Below are positions 49,885-61,964 of a stretch of DNA of 64,000 bases, in pieces. This DNA is from the human T2T-CHM13v2.0 reference genome, Homo sapiens. The notes below the pieces were generated by a model. That model ran no database searches. It was not told the origin of the DNA and saw only the letters and a list, made by a program, of their open reading frames with translations. Each line of letters starts with the position of its first letter. Positions within the stretch are counted from its first letter, which is position 1. A program made the position numbers and the translations under genes. The DNA lies in NCBI RefSeq assembly GCF_009914755.1, contig NC_060928.1. One strand, given 5' to 3'.

Positions 49885-50690
49885 TGTTGTGGACAAACTG
49901 CAACCTAACTTAATAGGCAGACAAGATTGAAAACCTAACTTAGTAGTATGTACCTGTAACAATAGCTGAGTCTTGGCCAATCCCAGCAGCCATACTTCAA
50001 CCACTCATACGCTGCTGAGTGTTCAAACTGTGTTCAAATAAGGCAAATGCCAAGCTATAACCAATCCAGTTGTTTCTGTATCTCACTTTCAATTCCTGTG
50101 TGTCATTTCCCTGTTTTTGTCTATAAATTTATTCTGACCAAAAGGCATCCCTGGAGTCTCCCTAAATTTACTGTGATTCTGGGGGCTGCCCAATTCACAA
50201 ATCATTTATTGCTCAATCACACTCCTTTAAATTCGGTTAAAGTTTTCCTTTTAACAGATGGTGTCAGAAGCGGGGTCCAAAGTAGAGCTTCTAATGACCC
50301 CAGGAATGCTGAGTGAACAAGCAAGGTAGCTGCAAGGACCCTGCAAGGACCCACTTGTGTCCTTGATTCCTCAGAGCGGCTGAGGGTTGTGGTAAGTTCT
50401 CTCTCCCAAGTTCAGAGCTCCAAGGATTTGTGTTTTGAGCTCTCTGAGTTTCTTTGAGCAAATTTCTCTTCCAAACTGGGTTTGGACGTTTTAACAGAAA
50501 TGGGACTGGGTCCAGGATGGGATTTGATCCCTTAATTAACAGGCTTGGATCCAGTTAGAGGCCTCTTACATCTGACTGGGTCAGAAAAAAACCAGCAGTA
50601 AATGGCAATAATGTAGGGATTGTAAAATTTGGCTTTTGAAAATTCACAGGGATTTTTGTGTTCTGCCCTTTGTTTCATTTTTCTTGCATT
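49885..50690 (+). mobile_element. ERV1 remnant: MER57-type LTR (to 50256) plus start of internal leader
   Basis: CCAAT boxes, tataaa and LTR end ttttaaca, followed by PBS and leader sequence. Confidence 0.85.
50259..50276 (+). other. Retroviral primer-binding site complementary to tRNA-Leu
   Basis: tggtgtcagaagcggggt versus TGGTGTCAGAAGTGGGAT (reverse complement of the tRNA-Leu 3' end), 2 nt after the LTR. Confidence 0.8.
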
Positions 50691-50919
50691 TAAATCATTT
50701 AAAAAACCAACTTAGGAGTCATGAGTTCTTTGCAAGAAGGTTTTCAAGCACAGACAGCAACCACTTGACAGAAATAATAAATACTTCCTTCTACAATATT
50801 CATTGAATGACGATTAGCTATCAGGCACATTAGATCAAAGAGCACAGTAACCTTGTGATAACAGGATTCAATGATCTTAAAATTGGGAAAATATATGCAT
50901 TAGCCACTTTTCAACTTAC

Positions 50920-51031
50920 CTTTTTTTTCTCCTGCAATACTATTATTTCATACAGTCGTGGGATAAATGAACAATAATTTTGTTGTTGATCTCTCTTGAC
51001 GTTAACATTTTCATAATATGATGTCTTTTTC
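50920..51031 (-). CDS. STPG2: Internal coding exon (112 nt, probably exon 5) of sperm-tail PG-rich repeat-containing protein 2: (Q)KKTSYYENVNVKRDQQQNYCSFIPRLYEIIVLQEKKK
   Basis: Open frame continuing the phase-2 end of the 54168-54280 exon; donor AAG|gtaagt; acceptor ttttctggag|G; peptide matches recalled STPG2. Confidence 0.93.
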
Positions 51032-51529
51032 CTCCAGAAAATTCAAATAGAAATTAAGAATTCTCAATTTTAAACCTATAAATATTTATGTAAGCAAAGA
51101 AATTCTTTCTACAGCAACATGTCCTGCAATTAAACTATGGAATAATAAGATTATCTAGGTATATTAGACCAATATATTCAAAATTTTGTAAAATGTATTA
51201 GTTTTCTTGGTTAGTTATGATTTTTTTCCAATTCAGAGCATTATTATAAACCTATCTGAATAATTATTACAAAAAGAAAATAAGATCTGGTATTTATTGA
51301 ACAAAAAGCTAACCCTAAAAAAAAGTTTCCTGTGTAGTCTATGTACCATTAAAAGTCTAAAATTCCAAATCAACTATTATCAAAATAAGAGGAAAATAGC
51401 CCTATGCTATTTATATCATAAAATAATCAGAAAAGGGCATAAAGATCTATGAAAACAAAAAGGAAGCTTCTTTTCATTGAAATTCAGACAACCTCAAGAA
51501 AGAATCAGAAACTAAATAAGCAGTGAGCA

Positions 51530-51800
51530 AGAGCCCCAGCTTTGGAGTTAGACAGCCTAATAAGATCCCAGCATTGCTATCTACTGCTACCTATTGGTTA
51601 TATAACCTTATGCAAACTAACTTCTCTAAGCTTCAGATTCATCACCCAATGAATCTGGTGATTGGAAACTGGTAATTGGAAATAGTAATAACCAATTCTC
51701 AAGGTTGCAATGATTAAAGTAGACAATATATGTAAGGTGGTTAATGCCATACATGGCTCATAATAAGCACACAGTAACTGTTAGCTATTATTATTGCAAG
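51530..51800 (+). mobile_element. MIR
   Basis: agctttggagttagacagcct...tataaccttatgcaaa...gttagctattattat. Confidence 0.7.
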
Positions 51801-53639
51801 AATCACATTTAAACAGGCTATACAGACCACACTACTATTTTTTCTATTTTGTAAAGATAATTTCAAAAAAAATCTGATACCCAACATTTCCAACAAACTA
51901 TACCAAACATATGCAGATTAAAAAATATATAATACAAAGTTATGTAATTGCTATTACTTTCTTTGTTCAGCAGTGCTATGATTTAATATGCACTTACCAT
52001 CCCCGCTCACTGCTAAAGGCTCACCTCCTCACTGATTGTTATTTGCTAAAAACTCAACAAATAAACCGCTTTCAAACCTCAGAAAGGTTTATGGATAAGA
52101 AATTTATATGTGGAATATCAGAAATGTCACATATCATTTAGGTCTGTATCTTTACCAAAAAGAGACCTATACACTTATCTTTCATTTAGAGTAACCAAAT
52201 ATCTCCACTTTTATACTGAATCAAGCCTCCAAGAATAATTCTGACTCACTAAATAAAACAAAAAGTCTAAGAAAGAAAAAAACAAGTAGAAAATATCAAC
52301 TGCCAGAAGGATATGAGACAACAAGTCAAAGATACAGTGAAAGCAGCTAACTCAAAGAGCAAACAAATTACAAAAATGGTGAAGTAACTGAAGCAGTCAG
52401 GAATGAAATCCATATTCATACATTTCTTCAGGTAAAAGTTAAAACACAAATGGAAGAAGAGGAAAAACAGGAGAAATAACAAAGATCAAATAAAGCAACA
52501 GCATAACAAATGGGGGAGGAATGAGAGTGGGACAAGGTTGAGGAAGTAAAACAGACTGGTAGGAAAAACCACTAAGCAGAATCAGTTAACACTGCTTACA
52601 GTCCCGGCTTTGCCTGGGGTACTCAGGCAGAAGTATAGTGAAATGGAATGAAAACAATCATCACAGAATGATATACATTTTAAAAGATGAATTTTGATTT
52701 ATGCTATTTAAACCTCAATAAAACTGAGAAGAGGGGAAAGAGAGACGGTGAGAGAGAGAGAGAGAGCATGAGCACAAATCAGCCAATATGGCAGAAGAAA
52801 AGGATAGGATTAAAATACTGAAGAACAAAAGCATATGTCAAGAAGACTATGATATGTGTTAGAGTATTCTACAGACCTTGTCTTGCTTGGAATAATAATA
52901 ATAATATTAAGTAAAGACTTAATTAAGCTAAATATGCATGTTAAGGTTCTAGCATAACTACTAAAAGAATAAAAATACAAAGGTATATATTCCATATTAA
53001 GAGAGTGAAAAAGTGAACAGCATAATGGATTAGAGTATAAATTCCCAAAAACAAAGGCCATGTTTTATTCTTGTTATTCTCAGTTACTAAGTTCAGAACT
53101 GGCACATAGCAAGAATTCAAACAATGTTTACTCAATGAATGAACAGTAGCAGGGGAGTCCAAGCAAGATCCTAAAATACATCCACTGCTAGTAAACAGAA
53201 ATATCTGATCTGTCTAGCAAATTAATTGAGTATGTAATCACTCTGGGGCTTCTTGGGAGAAAATTTATGCTATGAAAGAAAAAGAATCAGGCAGATAAGC
53301 TGGACCCTTAAAAAATTAATTATAAGAAAGGGTAGTAGATTCTGAGGACAACGTGGTATTTGTTACTCAATTTTGCCTTCCATGAACTCATGTCTAAAAC
53401 CTGACTGTGGCAGTAGGAGAAAATAGAGTTATTTTGCCAGAAATGTATTTCTTCATAAATATTCTCGGACTTACACTGACTGAGAATGCCTTCTAAATCC
53501 ATCATGTAGTCAGAGGACTGAAGATGAGAGCCAGGGATAAAATGGAGAATTCTGGGTCACCTTCTTTTACATTTTCTCTGATCTTTTATCTACTTTATAA
53601 TTAAGGACAGTATATTTTAGTACATGGCTACATGTGCTG

Positions 53640-53830
53640 TATAATCAAACAGGCTTCAATTTAACTTTAGCTCTGCCATTTAATAGCTGCATGATCTTGA
53701 ACATGTTATTTATCCCCTCTAACCCTTGCATTTTTTACTGATAAAATAGATGTAACAATATTAACTATGCAAAGCTTGCTGTGAAGATTAAATGAGTTAA
53801 TGCGTATATAGTAGATAGCACAAGATTTGG
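53640..53830 (+). mobile_element. MIR
   Basis: agctctgccatttaatagctgcatgatcttgaacatgttatt...gtgaagattaaatgagttaat. Confidence 0.7.
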
Positions 53831-53851
53831 CTTATAAAAAAACAATTAACT

Positions 53852-54012
53852 TGGGGGGATGGGGGGCTAGGGGAGAGATAGCATTAGGAGAAATACCTAA
53901 TATAGATGATGGGTTGATGGGTGCAGCAAAACACTATGGCACATGTATACCCATGTAACAAGCCTGCATGTTCTGCACATGTATCCCAAAACTTAAAGTA
54001 TAATTTAAAAAA
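53852..54012 (+). mobile_element. Very short L1PA (L1PA7-like) 3' end
   Basis: ggggctaggggagagatagcattaggagaaatacctaat...aacttaaagtataat; TSD-like caattaact/caataact. Confidence 0.88.
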
Positions 54013-54167
54013 TCAATAACTTTCATATACATTATACCAAAATGTAATACTTCTTGGAGTTTTTCATACTAATTTTTCCTTTCTTTACAGCATAGCCTAG
54101 TCTGAATTATTAAAATACTTTTCTAGTCAAGAGCTACATTAAAGGTATACTATATTTTTTTACTTAC

Positions 54168-54280
54168 TGGACTATATCATACTGTCCTGGACCAGGACCT
54201 GACTTTTTAGGTAACTCTTGTCTTCCTGAAGAGTTGCCAAAATGTATACCTTTGTATTTCAAAGTTGCATTGGAAACATC
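54168..54280 (-). CDS. STPG2: Internal coding exon (113 nt, probably exon 4) of STPG2: DVSNATLKYKGIHFGNSSGRQELPKKSGPGPGQYDIV(Q)
   Basis: Acceptor ctttttattttttag|GAT; donor CCA|gtaagt; PGPGQY sperm-tail/SHIPPO-type repeat motif; splices in frame to 50920-51031. Confidence 0.95.
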
Positions 54281-55106
54281 CTAAAAAATAAAAAGTTTTA
54301 AAAAGTGAGGATGAAACATAGTTTAAATAAGTCATGAAACAATGTTTGGCTTTACCTAAGTCTAAATCTAAAGCAAGGATAGCCTCAGTAAGGGGGTTCC
54401 ACTGGTAAATACTAAAGTGCTCTTGGATAGATCCCAGGCTAAGTTGTCACTGTTGGTTCCCATTCCACTCCTGAGTCAGCTAGGGTTCCCAGAGAAGTAC
54501 CTCTAACATTAGCCTATTCTCAACCAATATGAACAGCTTTGCTCTTGGCAGTACACCCAGTAATCTAAAACCTTAAGAAAAATGAAAATTAGCTCCTCAT
54601 CATTTAAAAAAGAGAGAGGGGATAACATTATTTGGGAAATAGAAATACCTATTAAAAATTACCTTAACTAAACAGATTGAAAAAATGCAAACATCACCAA
54701 TGGTCATTACGTAACTTCATATTAATGTAACCTTTAAACAGAGTTAGAAATACTTAACAATAAATTAAACACTACCCTAGTTCATTTTATTGCTAATGCT
54801 TAAAGACAGGATCAGTCTTTTAATGACAGAGAAATTATTTGTGACATGAGAAATAATCATCTTTCCTTTATACCCACTACAATAAATGTTAAAATTAAGC
54901 ATGAACCATAAAAAGTTTAAGCACACTGTTTCACCAGAAACTAAAACAATAAAGCATAACACAACAGTAGCTTCTTTTTTACAGGAATCCTCTTGACCTA
55001 AAACATTCTTAGTTGAGAAATCATTTAAGAATATTTTAAAACATATTTTTAAGCTAATGGTATTTACTACAATTTCCATAACATATAGTTTAACAATGTG
55101 TCAAGT

Positions 55107-55782
55107 TGTTACAGCAGGTAGACAGCCTGACATGAGCAGGGTAAGAGAGAGCCCCCCCCAACCAAGAATGTCAGGCGACCATCAGGTGATGGTCAGGCAG
55201 TTGTTAACAGTCTAAAATAATAATTCATTGCAGCTGGCACCAGGGAAAGGCAGTCTCCCAAGAGAAAAATCCTGAAGCTGGTGATCAGCAGCTTCCAGAT
55301 AACATCTCAGGAGTTGCACGAATGGGCTCACACATGCACACTAAAAGGCAAAATGGCCGTGTTTAACCAGCATATGACCCTCTAGGCGCATTCAACTGGA
55401 AAGGTAAGAATGCCTCAAGTGAGCATGTGTACAACTCCAGTAAACACACTGCACACGTGGCCCCTCTCAAGTGCTAGAAAGCCACGGAGCATGTGAACAG
55501 CCCACCCCAAGGAAAGACTCAGGGGACAAGTAATGCAAGACCCTGGAAGCATGCCAACATACAAAACCCAAAGTTAAAAGGTCAATCCATGCACTTGATC
55601 TCTCAAATCACCTGCTGGGCCCTCTTCCAAGTGTTCTTTACTTCCTTTTTAATAAATTTTTACTCCCACTCTAAAACTTGCCTTGGTCTCTCACTCTGCC
55701 TTATGCCCCTCGATTGAATTCTCTCTTATGAGGAGGCAAGAATTGAGCTGGCTGCATACCCATAAGGATTTGTAACCGCTAA
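55107..55782 (+). mobile_element. MER50 solo LTR (ERV1)
   Basis: tgttacagcaggtag...gaatgtcaggcgaccatcaggtgatggtcaggc; aataaa near 55651; aagt on both flanks. Confidence 0.87.
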
Positions 55783-56043
55783 GTTGTTCTAGGTGGCTAT
55801 TACTATTCTACAGCAGTGGAACCAACCTCTCTCAGTTACCATTATAAGCAATAATAATGCAGTAAGTAGCAACATTAGTGACAAAAGCATAATTTCAGTA
55901 CAAAATGGTGAATCAAATCCATACTGCCCCACCCGACTCCAAAATTTTAAAATAAGTATATCAAATAGACACAAGTAAGTGCTAGAAACTTCACATGCCA
56001 GAAACTTTAAGGACTTTCTGGAAGATATAGCACAGCAAAGACT

Positions 56044-56232
56044 AGAACCAGAAAAGGACCTCATTACATATGAAAAGAGTCTCAGCTGAACCCACTTAAC
56101 ATCCCCAGAACCAGAAAAGGACCTCATTACATTTGAAAAGAGTCTCAGCTGAACCCTCTTAGCATCCCCAGAACCAGAAAAGGACCTCATTACATTTGAA
56201 AAGAGTCTCAGCTGAACCCTCTTAACATCCCC
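56044..56232. repeat. 63-bp tandem repeat, 3 near-identical copies
   Basis: Unit agaaccagaaaaggacctcattacat(a/t)tgaaaagagtctcagctgaaccc(a/t)ctta(a/g)catcccc starting at 56044, 56107 and 56170. Confidence 0.95.
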
Positions 56233-56610
56233 AAAAAAACAGAAACTGGAGATAAACTCTTAGGTAGCGAGTAGGGGGCAATTCTCAAAACTACTAGCAC
56301 CTTTGGAGATGTGCACCAGTGCCATTACATTAAGTGATGAGGAGAATGCTAACCTCCACTTTATTATTGGCAGATGTAGTTGAAACTAAATTGAAAGCAC
56401 TTTCCCCTGCCCCTAGTGACTTTCTAGTTAGAGAGGCACCACTCCAGAAAGCTTTGAGGTGCCACAACAAAATCCAAAAAGAAGCTGGCACACACTAAAA
56501 TTCCTTGAACTTACCACTAACACCTAGCCCCCACACATTATAATATATAAGCACAATAGAATTAACTTTCCCTTCTACATCTGCCTGGCCTGAAAAAATT
56601 AAATGCGGAT

Positions 56611-57519
56611 TGTGATGGTCAACTTTAGATGTCAATTTGACTGAGTTAAGGAATACTCACATAGCTGATAAAAGTGTTATTTCTGGGTATGTATTTGAGG
56701 CTGTTTCCAGAACAGATAGGCATTTGAATCAGTGAACCATCCTCACCCAATGTCGTGGGCACCATTCAATCAGCTGAGGGCCCAGATAGAACAAAAAGAC
56801 AGAAGAAAGGTAAATTTGTTCTCTTTTCTGGATCTGAGATGCCCATCTTCTCCTACCTTCGGACATCAGAACTCCAGGTTTTCTAGCCTTTGGATTCTTG
56901 GACTTTCCCCAGCAGCCCCTCAGGTTCTCAGGCTTTTATCCTTGGACTAAGAGTTATACCATCAGCTCCCGTGGTTCTCAGGCCTTCAGACTTGAACTCA
57001 GCTACTCCACCAGCTCCCTTATTTCTCCAGCTTGCAGACAGCATATCATGGGACTTCTCAGCCTCCATAATCACATGAGCCAATTCCCAGAATAAACCCC
57101 ATCTCACATATATAGTTATGTACCACATAATGATGTTTCAATGATGGACTGCATATATGACAATGGACCAGATATATAATGGTGAGCCCGTAAGATTATA
57201 ACACCATATATTTATTGTTCCCTTTCAATGTTTAGATGTAGTTAGATACACAAATACCATTGTGTATCTGTATCTTTGTAATCTGTACCAGACAGTACAA
57301 TAACATGCTATTCAGGCTTGAACCACAGAAACAATGGGCTATACCATATAGCTTAGGTGTGTCATAGACTATACCATCTAGATTTGTGTAAATATACTCT
57401 ATGATGTTCACACAATGACAAAATCACCTAACAATGCATTTCTTAGGACGTATCCCTATCATTGATTGACACATGACTGTGTAAGCATTGGTTCTGTTTC
57501 TCTGCAGAATCCTAATACA
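56611..57519 (+). mobile_element. MLT2 (ERVL) solo LTR interrupted by Tigger3a
   Basis: tgtgatggtcaactttagatgtcaatttgactg...ttggttctgtttctctgcagaatcctaataca. Confidence 0.87.
57113..57479 (-). mobile_element. Tigger3a (MER7A), opposite orientation to the copy at 13637
   Basis: Reverse-complement similarity to 13637-13980; ends catgactg; inserted in the TA run of MLT2. Confidence 0.82.
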
Positions 57520-59720
57520 AAGACTAACACAACCTCTGACAGAACTTTAATGTTTGCATGAAGTAAAATGAGACCTTTGTTGATTCTTTTTTCATAGATG
57601 CAAACGTGTACAGAAAATTATAGTTTTTCTAAAGAGTTATCCTGCTTTGATTTTAGTAAATCCCCTTGATTGTTTCTTTCTTTGATGGTAGAGAATATTG
57701 GAGCTGAGAAGAGAGAAACAAGAAGTCGTCTGCTATGTCCAAGTAGAATTCAGACATGTTTTGGAATACCTGGTGAACAAAGCAAAACAACCAAAAGGCA
57801 AATGTAAAAACTAATCCTATGAGAAGAAGGAGATAATCATGATGCCCCACACCTAGTAAGAAAATCTTAGTGTCAAAAGAGTGGCAATGCTAAATACTGG
57901 GGATTTTCTGTCAACTGGGTTTGCGTTCTAACACAGACAATCCTCAATGACTTTATGCCTCATATCCTTTTGAGTGTGAAGAAACTATGAAAAAAAAAAA
58001 ACTAAAACAACTGTTTCATTAAAATATTGGCTAAAAGAAAAAAAAAAACCTGCACTACTTTTGAACCTTTCTAATAGAGTATAACACGAAGAAAGACATC
58101 ATCATCCTCCCCCTACTTTATCCCAGCTAATCCGGCAGCTTTAGCTGTGAAAGAGAACATTGGTGGAAACGCCCAGCAGAGAGCACCATATGGCAAGAGA
58201 CTGAAGTGCCTGGTGGAACAGCAGCTGTACTCAATGGAAAGAGACTTATTCAGGAGCATAGCTGAGACAGCCCCCAGGGATGTCTAGAAATACATGGGTA
58301 GAAGAACTTTGCAAAAGGCTATATGTCCTCTACATTGATAGTTACAGACAAAAAAAAATGGTATTTAAGTTATTAACATTATTGCAACTCTCTTTAGTAA
58401 CTCCAATCCAATGAAGCCTGGGAAAATGTGTTATATAAATAAAAAGGATTAATCCTTATTTCCTCTAGGAATATTTCCAGCACTGTACGTGGTCTCAGTG
58501 GGCTTGAATTATTGATCTGCAAATCCCTTCTGCTGCAACACAAAGAGCAGAAAGGCATTTGCCCTTCTTCACTATGGACATTCAGCTTTAACACTGAGTG
58601 ATGAGTGACAGTCTTATAAAGCACTATCTCAAAGTAATATATTATTATTCTTAATAGCATTATTATTATTATTACAAGTAGGGATTCTAATTTGATACAC
58701 AATTCCAAAGCCCAGCCCCTTGTCACGTCCTTGAAGGAACAAAGCTATGAATAAAAACTGAAAGAGCTATCCCACAAATCTCTGTAACACATAGGGTATA
58801 TATACACTACTTTGGAATTCCTAAGTATAACACAAAAGGAAATAAGGGAGTCAGACCATCCAAAGGCATTGGGTTTGGTGGGTGTAGGGGGGCAGAGACA
58901 AATGCTATAAAACTTAGCAGAATGACTTACAAAAGTGGCAGAGTCTGACATGTCCAGCACAGCAGTACATGCCAGTAAAAGAGCACGGAGAAACCCTAGC
59001 ATCCACTAGAGTAGCTGAAAACACTCCTCTTCTTATAGGGTCAGTGGCAATTCCAAAGACTGCTGTGCCAAACAGAACTTAAGGAAGAGAGAGAACCTAG
59101 CCAAACAACACTTTCTCTTGCTAAAGTAAGTGCTCCAGATCACCTTTCAAATGCAATTACCTAATACAACCATGGATTTTAAAGTACATAGGCAGTTTTG
59201 ATGGCAGAAAGAATGAAATTTCCCATTTATGTTAGAGTTTATTTTTAACTCAGAAATAAAGCAGAACATCATAATTGTGCATATTTTTTTCTACTATATT
59301 ATGACCATAACAGACAGTGAAGTACAAAATGTGAAACTACATTCTAATATAATATAGTCATGCTGGATATTTTAGACATTGTATATATTTCATACAAGAA
59401 CATATCTAATATGTTGATTTACTATAGCCTATACATTTGTCAAAAAATCAGTATTTTAAAATACAGCATTTTGATGTCATCTTTTACATCACATTTTTAT
59501 AGCCTAAAATCATGTTAAGGTTTTGTATTAACTCTTTTAATGCAAGGATTCAAGACCTTGAGCAGGATTCTATTGAAGAAGCTTTCTTTAAGTGAATTTA
59601 CATTATTGAGATTTTATGATTCAATTGTTTCACAATTCTAATGGTAATCCAGTAGGAGGAAAGATTATGTATGTGTACATGCGCACACACACACACAATT
59701 TAAGACCCCACAATAATATC

Positions 59721-59725
<5 letters not shown>

Positions 59726-59756
<31 letters not shown>
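59726..59756. repeat. (TG)15 microsatellite
   Basis: Read directly from the sequence. Confidence 0.95.
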
Positions 59757-59757
<1 letters not shown>

Positions 59758-61369
59758 TACAATAATATCCATTTCATTTAAACCACATGAATTGACAAGT
59801 ACTTAACTCATTAACCTCTGCGGTACTCAGGTAGATGTTGAATCAGAAATTTAAAAGGCTTTTAAAAATACAGACAGAAAACAAAGGATAAATTGATGCA
59901 CTCTTATCTCTTCTTGACTCTTTTATGTCAAGAAGTGTTGGCAATACCAACTTCAAGGTCACTGTCAATTTTGAAAATCATTAGCAAATAAAATATGACT
60001 TAATTGAAGCAAACTCAGCATGGAACTGCATTATTTTAAGTAAATGCTATATTATAATTTGAAGAAGAATTACTAACTGCCACTCTCACTGACAATTAAA
60101 TAAATGAAGATGGGGCTATGCAACTTTCCCCCATGTCTTTCCATAATTAAATATGGAAATAGAATTTGTGAAGAATTAAAAGGCCCAAAGTGCAATAATT
60201 CAAACACTAATGAACTGTTTTCCAGTGTGGCAGCACACAGGTAGTTCCCAGCATGTTATCATTAGCAAATATGTCAGTATCATCATTCCAATCACAAACT
60301 TTGCTTGTGAAATACACCTCTGAAAAATAGATTTCTAATAGTTACCTGGGCTCTTCTAAAAGAAGAAAGAAGCTAAACTTTATCATTCAAAATGTTATAT
60401 AAAATAACTTTTTTGTAGAATTTCTCTTCACAAATTAAATTTAGCTAAAGTTTAACATTTGTCACTTAGAGTCTTACACAACTCTTAATTCTGTATTTAA
60501 GCTTTATTAGACAGCTTCAGCAGATGTGATTCACCAGTTAAGAAAGAATCACAATAATTACCCATCTATTGGATTATTTTCTTAATTTTCTATCAATATG
60601 CACCTCTGGAAACTAAACCCACATATAGTATTAAATATTATTTCAAAAAGCAAGCAAAGAGTTACCCAGAATTATCGAAAATTCAGATAAGATTTGAATT
60701 AACATTATTACAGTATCAATTTGGCAGTAGTTTGTGAAGAACCTGTGTTTTTCTGCAGGAGAAACAGAAGAAAATAAAGCCTTCAGCTACTGAGCTTTGC
60801 CACGCTATCTCTAGTTCTCTCAAATACAAGATGAGGATTTCAAAAAATATCACAATTCCATTTGTATTAAACTTTGCTGAATCTTCTTGAATATTATGAA
60901 CTATGTCTTTAACTGATATAGAAAACTATGTTTTTATATAACATGTTTTTAAATTACATCTAGATTTTTATTCCAATAAATAAATAATAAGTTGTATTGA
61001 TTCAATACTTATTAAATTAGGCCATCAAATAAATTAGGTCATCAAATAAATGTCTTCTTCTTCTTCCTTATTTCTATAAATAATAATTTAGCCAGGAAGT
61101 AATCAAGTTTTATATGTCTAAGTAATGCTTATTCATGTGGGGAAAGGATTTTATACATGCAGGGAAGCTTGGAGGCATCATTGTGGCCTTCTAATAGATG
61201 ACACATTATTCTGAAACAAAAAAAAAAATAGCTTAAAGCAAGAATTACATTTTGAGATGTAAGTTATGAGTGATTAGGGAATTATTAAGCTAAAGCCAAG
61301 AATCTATGACTAATTGTGAAGAATACTTATTCCAATATGTTAGACCATAGTTATTTTTCTCAGGATATT

Positions 61370-61480
61370 TTAGGTAAGGAAACTGAGCACAAAGATTAAG
61401 TAACTTGGCCAAGGACAAATAACTATTAAGTGGTAGAGTCAGGACACATAACCAGGAAGTCTGGCTCCATTACACTTCTT
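61370..61480 (-). mobile_element. MIR fragment
   Basis: aggaaactgagcacaaagattaagtaacttggccaagg...aagtggtagagtcagga. Confidence 0.7.
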
Positions 61481-61964
61481 TGCATAACTTGTCTGTCACC
61501 TTGGGAAGAATATCCTAATATCAAATCATAAGACCATTTCACTGGAGTTTTTACAGAATTGAACCTATTGTTCACATAAGAATATCTTACTCAAATATTT
61601 AAGATACTTAAATATCTTAATGAAGATTAATTGTTACATTGTTATTAATAGGATGATGGGACAGTCAAGGCCTGGAAGACCAGGTATGTCATAGAGAGAG
61701 AGAATGAAATATTCTTGAGACAAAAACTCCCATGGCCAGAAAGAAATGGGAATTCTTATGGTTAGAACAGGAAACATGTAACTTATATTATCCTTACTTT
61801 CCATGTTACCAGAATTAATCTGGTTCTTCAAAAGTTTTATAGCATGAAACAATCCATTAGTCTTAAAATATCTGCCTACTACTGTATTTAAACACAAAAT
61901 GTATTATTTCTAGTTTGTTCCATAATCAATAGGAATTCTTCTAAAAACTTAAAAATCAAAAATT

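Noticed and set aside
55789-56232. 133-aa ORF with repeated peptide, or a CRISPR-like array
   Set aside because: An artefact of a 63-bp (multiple of 3) tandem repeat with no unique spacers, in a eukaryotic context with no cas genes.
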